Assembly (NCBI GenBank): GCA_963725335.1
Contig: CAVRYD010000011.1
Coordinates: 301,605-365,604 of the forward strand
Direction: 5' to 3'
Length of the DNA stretch: 64,000 nt
Origin: an uncultured Acidobacteriota bacterium
Lineage (GTDB): Bacteria; Acidobacteriota; Vicinamibacteria; Vicinamibacterales; 2-12-FULL-66-21
Position numbers and translations under genes: made by a program. Below the pieces are notes generated by a model, which did not search any database, was not told the DNA's origin, and worked only from the letters and a program-made list of their open reading frames with translations. The number at the start of each line of letters is the position of its first letter. Within the stretch, counting starts at the first letter, position 1. This document shows positions 23,082 to 36,289 of the stretch, one piece after another.

Positions 23082-23651
23082 TTGGCGAAGGCGGGCAGGA
23101 TTGAGGGTGGAGGAGTGAGGCTACACGGGACGCGCTGCACGGTGCGACTCTGGCGCATGGACGACGCGGAATCGATCGTGCGGCATGCGAACAATATCAA
23201 CGTCGCGCGGCAGCTGAGAGACAGGTTCCCGCACCCCTACACGCGCGCCAACGCCAGCGCGTTTCTGAAAGCCGCGACGACAGCCGCCGAACCGTCGAAC
23301 CTCGCGATCGAAGTGGCCGGCGAGGCGGTCGGGGCGATCGGATATGTGCCCGGCGTCGACGTCGAGCGGTTCTCCGCGGAGATCGGATACTGGCTCGGCG
23401 AGTCGTACTGGCGGCGTGGGATTGCCACGGAGGCCTTGCAGCTGGTGACGGATCACGTGTTCAGCGTCGTGAACATGCTGCGGTTGTTCGCGCTGCCGTT
23501 TGCCGACAACGCCGGATCGATACGAGTGCTCGAGAAAGCGGGTTACGTGCGTGAGGCCGTCCTGCGATCGAGCAGTGTGAAGTTCGGCGAACCGCGAGAT
23601 CAAGCGCTGTACGCGCGGATCAACGACGCGTGGCGAGGCGCCAGCGCTTAG
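23082..23651 (+). CDS. GNAT N-acetyltransferase (RimJ/RimL-like)
   Basis: Intact ORF. YWLGESYWRRGIATEAL (R/Q-x-x-G-x-G/A acetyl-CoA loop) and NAGSIRVLEKAGY. Start could be TTG 23082 or GTG 23115. Confidence 0.8.
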   Translation: MAKAGRIEGGGVRLHGTRCTVRLWRMDDAESIVRHANNINVARQLRDRFPHPYTRANASAFLKAATTAAEPSNLAIEVAGEAVGAIGYVPGVDVERFSAEIGYWLGESYWRRGIATEALQLVTDHVFSVVNMLRLFALPFADNAGSIRVLEKAGYVREAVLRSSSVKFGEPRDQALYARINDAWRGASA

Positions 23652-23858
23652 CGGTCGACGGCGCGGCCAAGGTTGCCATCCCCGTATTCTGCTCGACTGA
23701 ACTCCGCGACGGCGCAGTCGCCCCTCCGGTGTGCGTTTTCGGGATTGCGATGAGCCACAGGCGAACACCAATCTCGCACGCCGTCAGAACGCAACTGCTT
23801 GAACCGCAATTATTCGGCTTTCTCGAGGCACGGCATGCATCTCGCTCCAACCAGAAGC

Positions 23859-26283
23859 ATGGACACGGCCCGTCAAGACATTCGTTATGCGCTGCGCCGT
23901 CTTTTGAAGAGTCCGGGTTTCACGATCGTTACCGTGCTGACGCTCGCGCTCGGGATTGGAGCGAACAGCGCCATTTTCAGCGTGGTTGAGGGCGTGCTGC
24001 TGAAGCCGCTCCCATATCCGGCTCCGGATCGGCTGGTCGGCGTGTATCACGTCAGCGAAGGGCACCGCGTGTCGATGTCCGGTCCGAACTTCGTCGACGT
24101 CAAGAAACTGAGCAAGACGCTCGTCGATGCCGCGGCCATCGCCCGCTCCCGTCTCATTCTCACCGGTCGCGGCGAGCCCGTCCGTCTCGACTCTGCCGAG
24201 GTCAGCGCGAGCCTCTTCAGCGTCCTTGGAGTGCCGCCACTCCTTGGCCGGACGTTCAATGCGGACGAGAACCATCCTGGCCACACCAAGGTCGCCGTGC
24301 TGTCGTACGAATTGTGGCAACAGCGATTCGGCGGCTCTCCAAAGGTCATCGGTCAGAGGGTGACGCTCGACGGGGTGGCGACCGAAGTCGTCGGCGTGAT
24401 GCCCAAGGGATTTGAGTACCCGGCTGGACGGGTGATCTGGACGCCGATCGAAGAGACTGAAGACTTCACGACGAAACAGCGCGGCGCGTGGTACCTGAGC
24501 GTGATCGCGCGCGTGAAACCATCCGTGCCGATTGAGCAGGTCATCGCCGAAGTGCAAACCATCGGCAAGCAGCTCGCGCGGCAGTATCCGGATGCCAATG
24601 GAGGGCTTGACTTCACCGCGATGCCGCTTCACGAAGCAATTGTCGGCGACATTCGAAAGGCCGTGCTGATGCTTCTCGGAGCTGTCGGTTTCGTGCTGTT
24701 GATCGCCTGCACGAACGTGGCAAACCTCCTGCTCGCCCGTGCCGCAACCCGTGAGACCGAGATGGCCGTGCGCAGCGCGCTCGGCGCCGGAAGGCTGCGG
24801 CTGGTGCGACAGCTGCTTACAGAGAGCATCATCCTTGGCGCCATGGGTGGGGCGCTCGGGCTGCTCCTGGCGATTTGGGGACTCGACTGGCTCCTGAGCC
24901 TCCAGCCGGTTGGCATTCCGCGGCTGACTGATGTTCGTATCGACGCGACCGTCATCGGTTTCACGATGGCGCTTTCGCTCGCCACCGGGCTGCTGTTCGG
25001 TCTGGTCCCGGCGTTTCATATGACGACGGCATCGATGTCGGGAACGCTCAAGGAGGCAGGCCGCGGCGCGCTGACGAGCCGCGGAGGCGGACGGATGCGC
25101 GGCGCGCTGGTCGTCACCGAGATGGCATTGGCCGTCATGCTGCTCGTCGGCGCCGGCTTGCTGATCCGGAGCTTCGTCAGGCTCGCGTCGGTCGATCCCG
25201 GGTTCCACGCGGTCCACGCCTTGACGTTCGAGCTCTCGCTGCCCGATCTGCCGGTACGAGAAAGAATCGCAGCAGGTCGCCTTTTTCGACGATTTGATGC
25301 CGCGCCTCCGCGCGATTCCCGGCGTGCAGCATGCGGCAGCCGCCCAGTCGCTGCCACTGACCGGGTCCAGCTTCGTCATCAGCTTCCAAATCGCAGGACA
25401 TCCACCAATTCCGCCGAGTCAGCAGCCGGCGATGCAGATTCGTGTCGCGACGCCGGGATATTTTGAAGCGATCGGCATCCCCTTGAAGAAAGGCCGCCTC
25501 TTCACGGAGGACGACAGGCCCGGTTCGCCGCGCGTCGTGCTGATTACCGAGAGCGCCGCCAGACAGTATTTTCCCAACGAGGAGCCGATCGGGAAGACGA
25601 TCACCCTTGGATGGGGACATGGGGAGGGAACGCCGCGCGCCGGCGGCGAGGTGGTCGGGATTGTCGGCGACGTCAAGGAGGCAGGACTCGACGAAGCGGA
25701 AGCGCCACAGCTGTATCTGGCGTACCGACAATGGCCGATGCAGAGCATGGCAGTCGTCCTTCAGACCGTCGTCCCGCCAGCGTCGGTTGCCGATGCTGCG
25801 AGGCGGGCGGTGCATGCGACCGATCCATACATGCCGGTGGCGAACGTCCGCACGCTCGAACAGATCGTCGCGCGCTCGATCTCTCAGCCGCGCTTCTACA
25901 CGCTCTTGCTCGGCGTGTTTGCCGGCGTCGCCCTGGTGCTCGCGGCCATCGGCATCTTCGGGGTCCTGTCGTTCGCCGTCGCGCAGCGAACCCGCGAGAT
26001 TGGCATCCGCATGGCGCTTGGCGCCCAGGGACGAACGGTCCTGGGCCTGGTCGTGCGTCAGGCGATGCTGCTGGCGGCGATTGGCGTCGCCGTGGGGATC
26101 GTGCTCGCGCTGTGGCTGGCGCAGGCGCTCGTCTCGAAAATGCTGTTCAGCACCAGCCCGCACGATGCGAGCACCTACTGGGCGGTCGCGGCCATCCTCG
26201 CGGGTGTGGCGCTCCTGGCGAGCTACATTCCGGCGCGGCGCGCGACCCGGGTCGATCCGATTGTGGCGCTACGCGCGGAATGA
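23859..26283 (+). CDS. ADOP-family MacB/FtsX-like permease 3 (one frame break near 25262)
   Basis: [41 protein letters not shown]..., duplicated FtsX blocks, C-terminus [17 protein letters not shown]. The 3' part is in ORF 25294-26283. Alternative start at 23835. Confidence 0.85.
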
Positions 26284-26318
26284 TTCGACGTCGTGCGTTG
26301 TTCGCCGGGCAGTAGTCC

Positions 26319-27620
26319 GTGACATCCTTGAAGAGGATGCATCTGCCGGCGGCCCTTCGCGCGCTCAATTCCCGTAATTACCGTCTCTTCGTCGCCGGAC
26401 AGCTAGTCTCGCTGGTCGGCACCTGGATGCAGAACGTCGCGCAATCGTGGCTGATCTATCGGCTGACGGGATCGGCGGCACTCCTCGGGTTGATCGGCTT
26501 TGCCGGACAGATTCCCATCTTCGTGCTGGCGCCGCTTGGCGGCGTCATCGCGGATCGGATGAACCGTCATCGGGTCATCGTCGCGACACAGACCACGATG
26601 ATGGTGCTCGCCTTTGCTCTCGCGGCGCTGACCCTCGGCGGCATGATTCGCGAGTGGCACATTTTCGTCCTTGCCGCGCTCCTCGGCATCGCCAATGCGT
26701 TCGATATCCCGACGAGGCAGGCCTTTCTCATCGAAACGGTCAGCCGAGACGACATCGTGAACGCCGTGGCGTTGAACTCATCGATGCTGAACGGTGCGCG
26801 GATTGTTGGGCCCGCGGTTGCGGGACTGATCGTGGCGGCGTTCGGCGAGGGATGGTGTTTTCTCCTGAATGCGATCAGTTATGTTGCCGTGATCGGCGCG
26901 CTTCTCGTGATGCACGTCGATGCCGTGCCTCACGCGCACGCCCACGCGTCGGCGTGGGAGAGCGTCGTCGAGGGGTTTGCGTTCTCCTGGAATACCAAGC
27001 CGATTCGCGCGCTGCTGCTACTCCTTGGTCTCGTCAGCCTGATGGGCATGCCCTACAGCGTCCTGATGCCTATCATCGCGGCTCGCGTGCTGCACGGGGG
27101 CCCGGATGCGTACGGCGTGCTCATGTCTGCGTCAGGCGTGGGCGCCCTCTCGGGCGCCGCCTTGCTGACGCTTCGGCGGCACATCCAGGGTCTCGGACGC
27201 TGGGCCGCGATTTCGGCGATCTGCTTCGGCATCAGCCTGATCGCGTTTTCCTTCTCTCGTGCCCTGTGGCTCTCGGCCCTGTTGCTGGTTCCTGCGGGGT
27301 TCTTCATGATGGTTGAAATGGCGGCTTCCAACACCCTGATCCAGTCGATGGTTCCAAATCGGCTGAGGGGCCGCGTGATGTCGGTCTATTCGATGATGTT
27401 CATGGGGATGGCGCCGATGGGCGCGCTCGTCGCCGGTGCGCTGGCGGCGCCGCTGGGGGCGCCGGCCACGGTCGCCCTGGGAGGCGCGGTCTGTATCGCC
27501 GGAGGGCTCGTGTTCGGCGCCGGTCTCCCGCGCCTGCGCGCCCCGGCTCGCGAGCTCATCGTCGCGCAGCAGCTCTCTGCAGGATCTCCGGCCGACGAGG
27601 CTACGCCGTTGCAGGAATAA
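26319..27620 (+). CDS. MFS transporter (EntS/MFS_3-like)
   Basis: Intact 433-aa ORF with about 12 TM segments. N-terminal NYRLFVAGQLVSLVGTWMQNVAQSWL and GGVIADRMNR are typical of this MFS subgroup. Confidence 0.8.
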   Translation: MTSLKRMHLPAALRALNSRNYRLFVAGQLVSLVGTWMQNVAQSWLIYRLTGSAALLGLIGFAGQIPIFVLAPLGGVIADRMNRHRVIVATQTTMMVLAFALAALTLGGMIREWHIFVLAALLGIANAFDIPTRQAFLIETVSRDDIVNAVALNSSMLNGARIVGPAVAGLIVAAFGEGWCFLLNAISYVAVIGALLVMHVDAVPHAHAHASAWESVVEGFAFSWNTKPIRALLLLLGLVSLMGMPYSVLMPIIAARVLHGGPDAYGVLMSASGVGALSGAALLTLRRHIQGLGRWAAISAICFGISLIAFSFSRALWLSALLLVPAGFFMMVEMAASNTLIQSMVPNRLRGRVMSVYSMMFMGMAPMGALVAGALAAPLGAPATVALGGAVCIAGGLVFGAGLPRLRAPARELIVAQQLSAGSPADEATPLQE

Positions 27621-27633
27621 CGACGTATAGTAA

Positions 27634-28233
27634 TTGTCCGTGGAATACCTCATCAAACAGTATGCGCTCCAGCAGGGAGCGCTCGAGATTCAGTACATCG
27701 AGGAGTTCTTCCTCGATTTTCCGCGCAAGAAGACCGCCTCGGAGGTCATGCAGCGGCTGTCGGATCGCGATCATCAGATCCTGATGGCGGAGGCGGCGCT
27801 TCCCGACGATCCCGGCATGGTCGTGCCGGTGTCGTTCAAGGTGGCGCACGAGCTTCGTGCCAAGGAGCGCGATCCCAAGCTCGCCGATCTCGTGGCATCG
27901 CTGGAAGACGTGGTGCGGTTCGACGACCGTCGCGTTCTGTATCAGTGGATTGGCGGGACGCGCAGCGACTGGCGCGGCCAGGGACACTTCCGCGCGCTCA
28001 CCGAGGAGCAGGAAGTCTGGGCGCTCGCGAACGGGTTCGACGAAATCATCGTGAAGACCAAGAACCGGTTCTACGAAATGCGCAGCACGCTCGCGCAGCT
28101 GCACTTCGACGTGATCCGTTTCGTGCAGCACCCGTTCGAACCGGGTGAATCCAAGGTGTTCCTCAGCAAGCGCCTCGGCCAGCACGTCATCGACCGACAT
28201 CGGAGCCGACGTTCCGTGGTGCGCTCGGACTAA
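27634..28233 (+). CDS. GNAT-fold protein (weak assignment)
   Basis: Intact 199-aa ORF. WIGGTRSDWRGQGHFRAL fits an acetyl-CoA binding loop followed by a beta-strand/helix pattern. No further support. Confidence 0.45.
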   Translation: MSVEYLIKQYALQQGALEIQYIEEFFLDFPRKKTASEVMQRLSDRDHQILMAEAALPDDPGMVVPVSFKVAHELRAKERDPKLADLVASLEDVVRFDDRRVLYQWIGGTRSDWRGQGHFRALTEEQEVWALANGFDEIIVKTKNRFYEMRSTLAQLHFDVIRFVQHPFEPGESKVFLSKRLGQHVIDRHRSRRSVVRSD

Positions 28234-28425
28234 TCGCTAATCACTAATCACTGATCCTGGATCACTCATCCCGAATCCTGAATCCTCGAATCCCGGATCT
28301 ATGAATCCCCGGATCTATGAATCCCCGAATCTATGAATCCCCCAATTCCTGAATCCCTGAATCGCGGAATCAAGAGTCGGGTTTCCTGAATTGTCGGGTT
28401 CAGTGATCAGTGATTAGCGATTGCG
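28231..28425. repeat. Word-family-1 repeat element with inverted termini
   Basis: Starts at the upstream stop codon: TAATCGCTAATCACTAATCACTGATCCTGGATCACT..., then degenerate GAATCC / GGATCTATGAATCCCC units. It ends with GATCAGTGATTAGCGATTG, the reverse complement of the head. Confidence 0.85.
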
Positions 28426-29228
28426 ACCTTCGCGATCCCCGGCTCGCCGATTATGTGCACGTCGGCGAGCCCGATTGGCTGCGGGAGCACGGGCTGTTCG
28501 TCGCAGAGGGCCGGCTGGTCGTGCGGCGGTTGTTCGAGACTGGCACCTTTCCGATTCACTCGGTCCTGATTACACGCGTTGCTCTCGCGGCCATCGGGGA
28601 CGCGCTCGATCCTCTCCGCTGTCCCATCTACGTCTGCGAGCAGGCCGCCATGAATCAGCTGGCGGGTTTTAATTTTCATCGCGGCTGCCTGGCGCTCGGC
28701 GAACGTCCGCCTGCGATCGATCCGCGGGATCGGTTTGCGCCCGCGCGGTGCCTGCTGGCGCTGGAGGGTGTGGGCAATCCCGATAACGTGGGCGGCGTGT
28801 TTCGCGTGGCGGCCGCGTTCGGCGCCGACGGCGTACTGCTCGACAGGACCAGCGCCGATCCGCTCTACCGAAAAGCGATTCGGACGTCGATGGGATCGAC
28901 GTTCAGAGTGCCGTTTGCGAAGGTCGACTCCTGGCTCGATACGATCGGCGCGCTCAGGGACGCCGGGGCGGACCTGATCGCGCTCACACCCGGCTCGCCG
29001 TCCGTCACGCTCGCCGAGTTTGCCACGACGCGGCGACCGAGTTGCCGGACCATCCTCATGCTCGGCGCCGAAGGGGCAGGATTGTCGCCGGAAGCCATGG
29101 CGGCATCGACGGCGTCCGTACGGATACCTATCCGTCCGGAAGTGGACTCACTCAATGTTGTGGTTGCGGCAGGCATCGCGCTCGCGGCGCTGGCCGATCC
29201 TGCAGGCGTCAGCGGGTCGCCTTCTTGA
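28410..29228 (+). CDS. TrmH/SpoU-family RNA 2'-O-methyltransferase
   Basis: Intact 272-aa ORF with SpoU motifs LEGVGNPDNVGGVFRVAAAFG, LMLGAEGAGLS and IPIRPEVDSLNVVVAAGIAL. The GTG start lies inside the right arm of the repeat element. Confidence 0.85.
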   Translation: MISDCDLRDPRLADYVHVGEPDWLREHGLFVAEGRLVVRRLFETGTFPIHSVLITRVALAAIGDALDPLRCPIYVCEQAAMNQLAGFNFHRGCLALGERPPAIDPRDRFAPARCLLALEGVGNPDNVGGVFRVAAAFGADGVLLDRTSADPLYRKAIRTSMGSTFRVPFAKVDSWLDTIGALRDAGADLIALTPGSPSVTLAEFATTRRPSCRTILMLGAEGAGLSPEAMAASTASVRIPIRPEVDSLNVVVAAGIALAALADPAGVSGSPS

Positions 29229-31386
29229 GGAGTGCCGTTGCACGATCGACCTCTGCCGTCACCGCGTTCACCGCGTTGCTAACGATTGGCACGAACGACC
29301 GCGCTTCTTCCCACTGGCTCTGTTCGACGCCCTCGCGGATCCCAGGCAGCGTTTTGACTCCGTACCCGGTGTAGAGGCCCGGCGCATAGACCAGATGCTT
29401 GAACCATTCGCGCTTCGGGAGGCCGGGTTCATGCCGGAATGCCCGCTCCGTCCGATACAACGTCTCGTTCAACGCAGTCAGCTGAGGGCGTGCACGATTG
29501 GCGTCCTTGTCGAGGCGGTCCAGGTGGGCAAGCGCCTTCTCATACGACTCCGCCGCCGATGCGAGCTTCGCGATGGCGGCGCGAAGCGGAGCCATATCGA
29601 GTTTCTCGCTACCGAGGGCATTCTAGCGATGTCGTCGGCGTAGCTTCCAAGCGCCGCCGCCGTTCCTTTGAATTCGAACGGCAACACATCCGCATCTGAC
29701 AGCCGCAGCAGCGTGGTCGCGATCACTCGCGAGAGCGCTGCGCTGTGCGTGAAGTCGCCGTCTGAAAAATGGGTGTACCAGTAATACGAGTCGTAGACTG
29801 AATGATAGACGCCGCCGCCGCCCTCTCCACCAAACCCCAGATCGAGCGACGCGACCTGGAGAAAATCGAGAAACGCCGTGTAATCGGAGCCCGAACCCAG
29901 CGCATCGATCGCGATATCGCGCCGCGCTTTGATGGCCGCTCGCGCCGCTTCGTCCGGCGCCTGGTCAACGCAGCCTCGCGCGTTTCGCGTCGAAGACGCT
30001 GCCACCGCTCCCGCGAGGATCCGGCACGTCGCGGGCGACGCCGTTGATGAACGCTTCGAGCGAATGTGAGCCGCTCATTGACAGCCAGCCCTTGCCGGTG
30101 CTGTCGCTGTTGATGTACGCCACGGCTTTGCGCGAGAGCTCGTCCCGATGCTTCTCGGCCCACTCGGTCGAGCCGAGCAGCCCCCACTCCTCGCCGTCCC
30201 AGGATGCCACGATGATCGTCCGGCGCGGTTTCCATCCGCTCTTGATCAGCTCCGAAAGGGATCGCGCGGCTTCCATCAACGCGACGTTCCCGCTCGTCGG
30301 GTCCGACGCCCCATTCACCCACGCATCGTGGTGATTGCCCTGCGATGATCCATTCATCCGGGAACTCGGCGCCATCGATGCGGGCGATGACGTTGTAGAG
30401 AGGACGAACCTGCCAGTCGAAAGCCAGCTTCAGATGAACTTCGCCGGTCCCGGCCCGACGTGATACGTCAACGGCAGCGCACCTCGCCACGATTCGGGCG
30501 CGACGGGTCCTTTCAGCGCTTTCAACAGCGGCAGCGCGTCTTCATACGAGATCGGCAGCACCGGAATCTTTAGCAGCGTCGCGGCGTCTGTTGCGATCGA
30601 GCCTGCGACTGCCAGGCTCCGATGCCCAGCCGGGTGTCAGCGGATCGCCTGGATGGATAGGCATATCCATGACACTGCCGCGTTGCACGCCCTGCGCGGG
30701 CCGCCAGGCGCCCTGACCGTACACGTCTCCCTGGTAGAAGCCATCGTCTCGCGGATCCGAGTAGATGATGCAGCCTGTCGCGCCATGCTCGGCCGCCACT
30801 TTCGGCTTGATGCCTCGCCAGCTGCGTCCGTACTTGGCGATGGCGATACTGCCCTTGACGTCGACGCCGAGCTTGGCAGTTGCTCGTAGTCTTCTGGCGT
30901 TCCGTAGTTCACGTACACGAGGTCGGCCGTCACATCGCCGTCGGCGGAATAGGCATTGAACGTCGGCAGTTGTCCGACGTCGCCTGAATCCGGGTCATCG
31001 ACAACGACCGGCTCCTTGAGCGCTGCGACATGCCGCTCCGGTTCCACCAGTTCGACAATGCGCTCGGTTGGGTATGGCATCAGCGCTTCGAACTGCTCGA
31101 TGGAGGCGTTCAGCCCCCACGACTTGAATTGTCCGAGCACGTACTCCGCCACCTTGCGGCTGCCGGAGCTGCCCGCGTGATGCGGTTCCGCGGCAATGGT
31201 CCGCATGTACTCGCGAAGGTTGCCGGGTGATGGCACACCCTGAACCTTTCGTTCGAGGTCGCGCTCGCGGGCGAGATGTTCGGTGGTGAATCCACGAATG
31301 CCGCCAGATTGCTGGGATCCGACCGCCAGTGGGATGAGCGTGAAGAGTCCGATGAGGAGGGCGAGTCTGAACGGGTGCTGAATCAT
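29209..31386 (-). CDS. M28B peptidase, glutamate carboxypeptidase II / transferrin-receptor-like (six or more frame breaks)
   Basis: Signal peptide MIQHPFRLALLIGLFTLIPLAVG, PA-domain region, HHDAWVNGASDPTSGNVALMEAARSL, VASWDGEEWGLLGSTEWAE, GSGSDYTAFLDFLQVASLDLGFGG, YHSVYDSYYWYTHF, and a TFR-dimerisation-like tail ending LLKKATR. Pieces lie in all three minus frames. Confidence 0.8.
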
Positions 31387-31430
31387 TCGGGCGCGATCGG
31401 GTGATGGCTTCAGCGTCGGCCGGCGTTTCT

Positions 31431-31649
31431 TCAGTCCGCGCAGCCGCAGCTGCCGCCGCCACACATGGGCGCTGTCGGCATGGCGCACCCCTCCGAGCGG
31501 GGAGCCGCAGCCGTCACCATCCCGAGCCGCGAGAGCAGCTTTTGGAGATTCGTGCCCTCGCAGGCCGGGCACGCGGTAGTTCGGTCCGCCGTGACAAACG
31601 CCTCGAACGGCTTGCCGCAGTCCCGGCATTCGTATTCGAAGAGAGGCAT
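31431..31649 (-). CDS. FmdB-family zinc-ribbon protein
   Basis: MPLFEYECRDCGKPFEAFV...ACPACEG (CxxC...CxxC) followed by a Cys/Gly-rich tail. Start taken at the Met preceding FEYEC. Confidence 0.8.
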   Translation of the reverse strand: MPLFEYECRDCGKPFEAFVTADRTTACPACEGTNLQKLLSRLGMVTAAAPRSEGCAMPTAPMCGGGSCGCAD

Positions 31650-31796
31650 ACCTGATTGTGACACAATTCCCGGCCCTTCGGAGGACCGGGGTTCCAGGCT
31701 CGATTGCGCTTCTCGCCGCAAATGCCCCCAGGCTCGCACGCCTGAAGGGCCGCCTGCTGGCGCGCCACTCGTCGATGGCGTCGGCGCTCTTGAATC

Positions 31797-32391
31797 TTAA
31801 AGAGGGGTAGCTGGAGTCTTTGCGACTGCGACCGAGGCGGGTCGCAGGACGTCCTCGCCGATCGTATAGCCATGTCGCACGACTCCGACCACGCGCCCGT
31901 CATCGTCCGGCCTCGCGGCCGGCACGGTGCTGACGGCTTCGTGCTTCGCGGGATCGAAGCGACGCACCAGCTCGTCTCGATACGCTTGACGCCGAGGCCT
32001 TCGAGCTTCGACAGGAACTGCCGCCGCACCATCTCGACGCCCTGCAGCAGCGCTTCGGGCGAGGCAGCTTTGCCGGCGGCGTCAATCGCGCGATCGAGGT
32101 TGTCGACGACCTCGAGCAGATCGGCCAGGATCTCGCGGCGGCCCCGCTCGATGTCCTTCGAAATCTCCCGCCGCAGCCTGAGCCGCGATTCCTCGAACTC
32201 GGACGCCGCCTGCCGGTACTTGGCGATGTACTCCTGCGCGGTGCTTGTCCTTTTCCGCGAGCTGGCGCTCGAGCTCTTCGACATAGGTCGGCTTCGTCGA
32301 GCGATCGGCCGGCGCACTCGCCGTCCTCGCCGCGAGCCCACCAGCGGCGATCGACAACCTTGACCGGGATGTCTTCGTCCTTGCTGGACAT
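31797..32391 (-). CDS. grpE: Nucleotide exchange factor GrpE (three or more frame breaks)
   Basis: [49 protein letters not shown]...[25 protein letters not shown] is a typical GrpE coiled-coil and four-helix region. The tail [21 protein letters not shown] is in another frame, to the stop at 31797-31799. Confidence 0.75.
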
Positions 32392-32445
32392 AGCTCAGTT
32401 GGTGAGTTGGTGAATTCGTCGATTGGTAAACTCGCGCTCGCGTAA

Positions 32446-34782
<2,337 letters not shown>

Positions 34783-34791
34783 CTTCTTAAA

Positions 34792-34885
34792 GGGTCCTAC
34801 CGGTTCTACTGGGTTCTACAACGTTCCACCGGGTTCTACAAGCTTCCATCAGGTTCAGATTGAACTTGAGAACCTCGCAGAACCC
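34792..34885. repeat. 10-bp phased GGTTC/GAACC array with polarity switch (word family 2), clpS-clpA spacer
   Basis: (G/C)(G/C)TTC at 34802, 34812, 34822, 34832, 34842 and 34852 (exact 10-nt steps). The array then flips to GAAC(T/C) at 34862, 34870 and 34880. The centre AGGTTCA-GAT-TGAACTT is a near palindrome. Confidence 0.85.
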
Positions 34886-35209
34886 TACTCCGGCTCCATC
34901 GCCGCGCGAAGCGGGAACCCGTGGTTACGCGCCGACTCGACGACCGTCGTCGACCTTCGTCTCCGCCACCTCGAATGGATACACGCCGCAGAGGCCCTTG
35001 CCTTGCGTGTGCACCATCATCATGATCCGAAACGCTTCCGCCGGGTGCTTGTGAAAGATCGTTTCCAGTACCTCGACGACGAAGTCCATCGTCGTGTAGT
35101 CGTCGTTCAGGAGGACGACCTTGTAGAGCTCCGGCTTCTTCGTCTCCTGCCTGGTCCGTTCGAGAATCTCGCCATCGGTCTGACGGTCGGGTCCGGCCAT
35201 GGTGGTCAA
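34885..35209 (-). CDS. clpS: Clp protease adaptor ClpS (one frame break near 34945)
   Basis: [26 protein letters not shown]...[28 protein letters not shown] is the ClpS core. The conserved tail [19 protein letters not shown] reads in another frame to TAG (complement of 34885-34887). Confidence 0.85.
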
Positions 35210-35296
35210 CTCTGATTTTACCAGCAGCCTGCCCCCGGTGCCGATGATCGGCTCCGTGTGGCGCCGGGCGGCCGGATATAAGATCAGGGCTCAACC

Positions 35297-36218
35297 ATGC
35301 TGACGCTTGCCGCCGGACTTGACTACGTCGATCTGAACTTTCTGGGCGTCCCGGAGATCATCGCGACCGCCGTTCTCCACCGCGCCTCCGGCGTTGCGCT
35401 GGTCGATCCCGGACCATCGACGACCTACGCCAGCTTGCAAGAGGCCCTCGGTCGAAAGGGCATCACGATCGGCGACGTCCGCCAGATTCTCCTCACGCAC
35501 ATCCATCTGGATCACGCAGGCGTGACGGGCACGCTCCTTCGCGAGAATCCCGCCGATCGAGGTGTTCGTCCACGAGCGCGGCGCGCCGCACATGATCGAC
35601 CCGTCAAAGCTGCTGGCAAGCGCGGGCCGGCTCTACGGCGCCGACATGGAGCGGCTCTGGGGAGACTTCGTGCCTGTCCCGGCGGAACGGGTCCGGGTCC
35701 TGAAAGGCGGAGAGCACGTCGCCGCCGGCGGCCGCGAGCTGCGACGTCGCCTACACGCCCGGACACGCGTCGCACCACGTCTCGTTATTTCGATGCGTCG
35801 AGCCGGGTTGCATTCGTTGGGCGACACGGCCGGCATTCGGCGGGCGAGCGGCGACTACATCATGCCCCCGACGCCTCCGCCGGACATTGATTTGGACGCC
35901 TGGCGAGTGAGCGAGGATCGCATTCTTTCGTGGGACCCGGACACGTTATTCCTGACGCACTTCGGACCGTTCCACGGCGCGCGCCTGCATTTCCAGGAGA
36001 TGACCGCGCGACTGCAGGCATGGAGTGATATTGTTCGCCGTCTTCTTCGAGATCCATCGCTCGACGAAGATGGTCGTGAAAGAGCTTTCATACAGGAGGC
36101 GCTCCTCGATCTCAGGCGTAAGGTTGGGGAGCAGCAAGCTGAACAGTACAGCCGTGCAGGGCGCATTGACTACTCATGGCAGGGGCTTTCCCGATACTGG
36201 AGAAAGCGTGAGGGCTGA
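35297..36218 (+). CDS. MBL-fold metallo-hydrolase (three frame breaks near 35555, 35745, 35825)
   Basis: LLTHIHLDHAG (HxHxDH). YTPGHASHHVSYFD is recovered in a second frame, then FVGDTAGI and LFLTHFGP in ORF 35562-36218. Confidence 0.75.
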
Positions 36219-36289
36219 TCGGCGCGTTCTCTCCGTTCAGCGAGCGTAGGTTGGCACGCCGCTGGTATCGATCTGCTGGGGAGGGTTTC

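Noticed and set aside
23784-25379. 531-aa ORF on the minus strand
   Set aside because: Antisense shadow of ADOP permease 3, with no recognisable motifs and biased composition.
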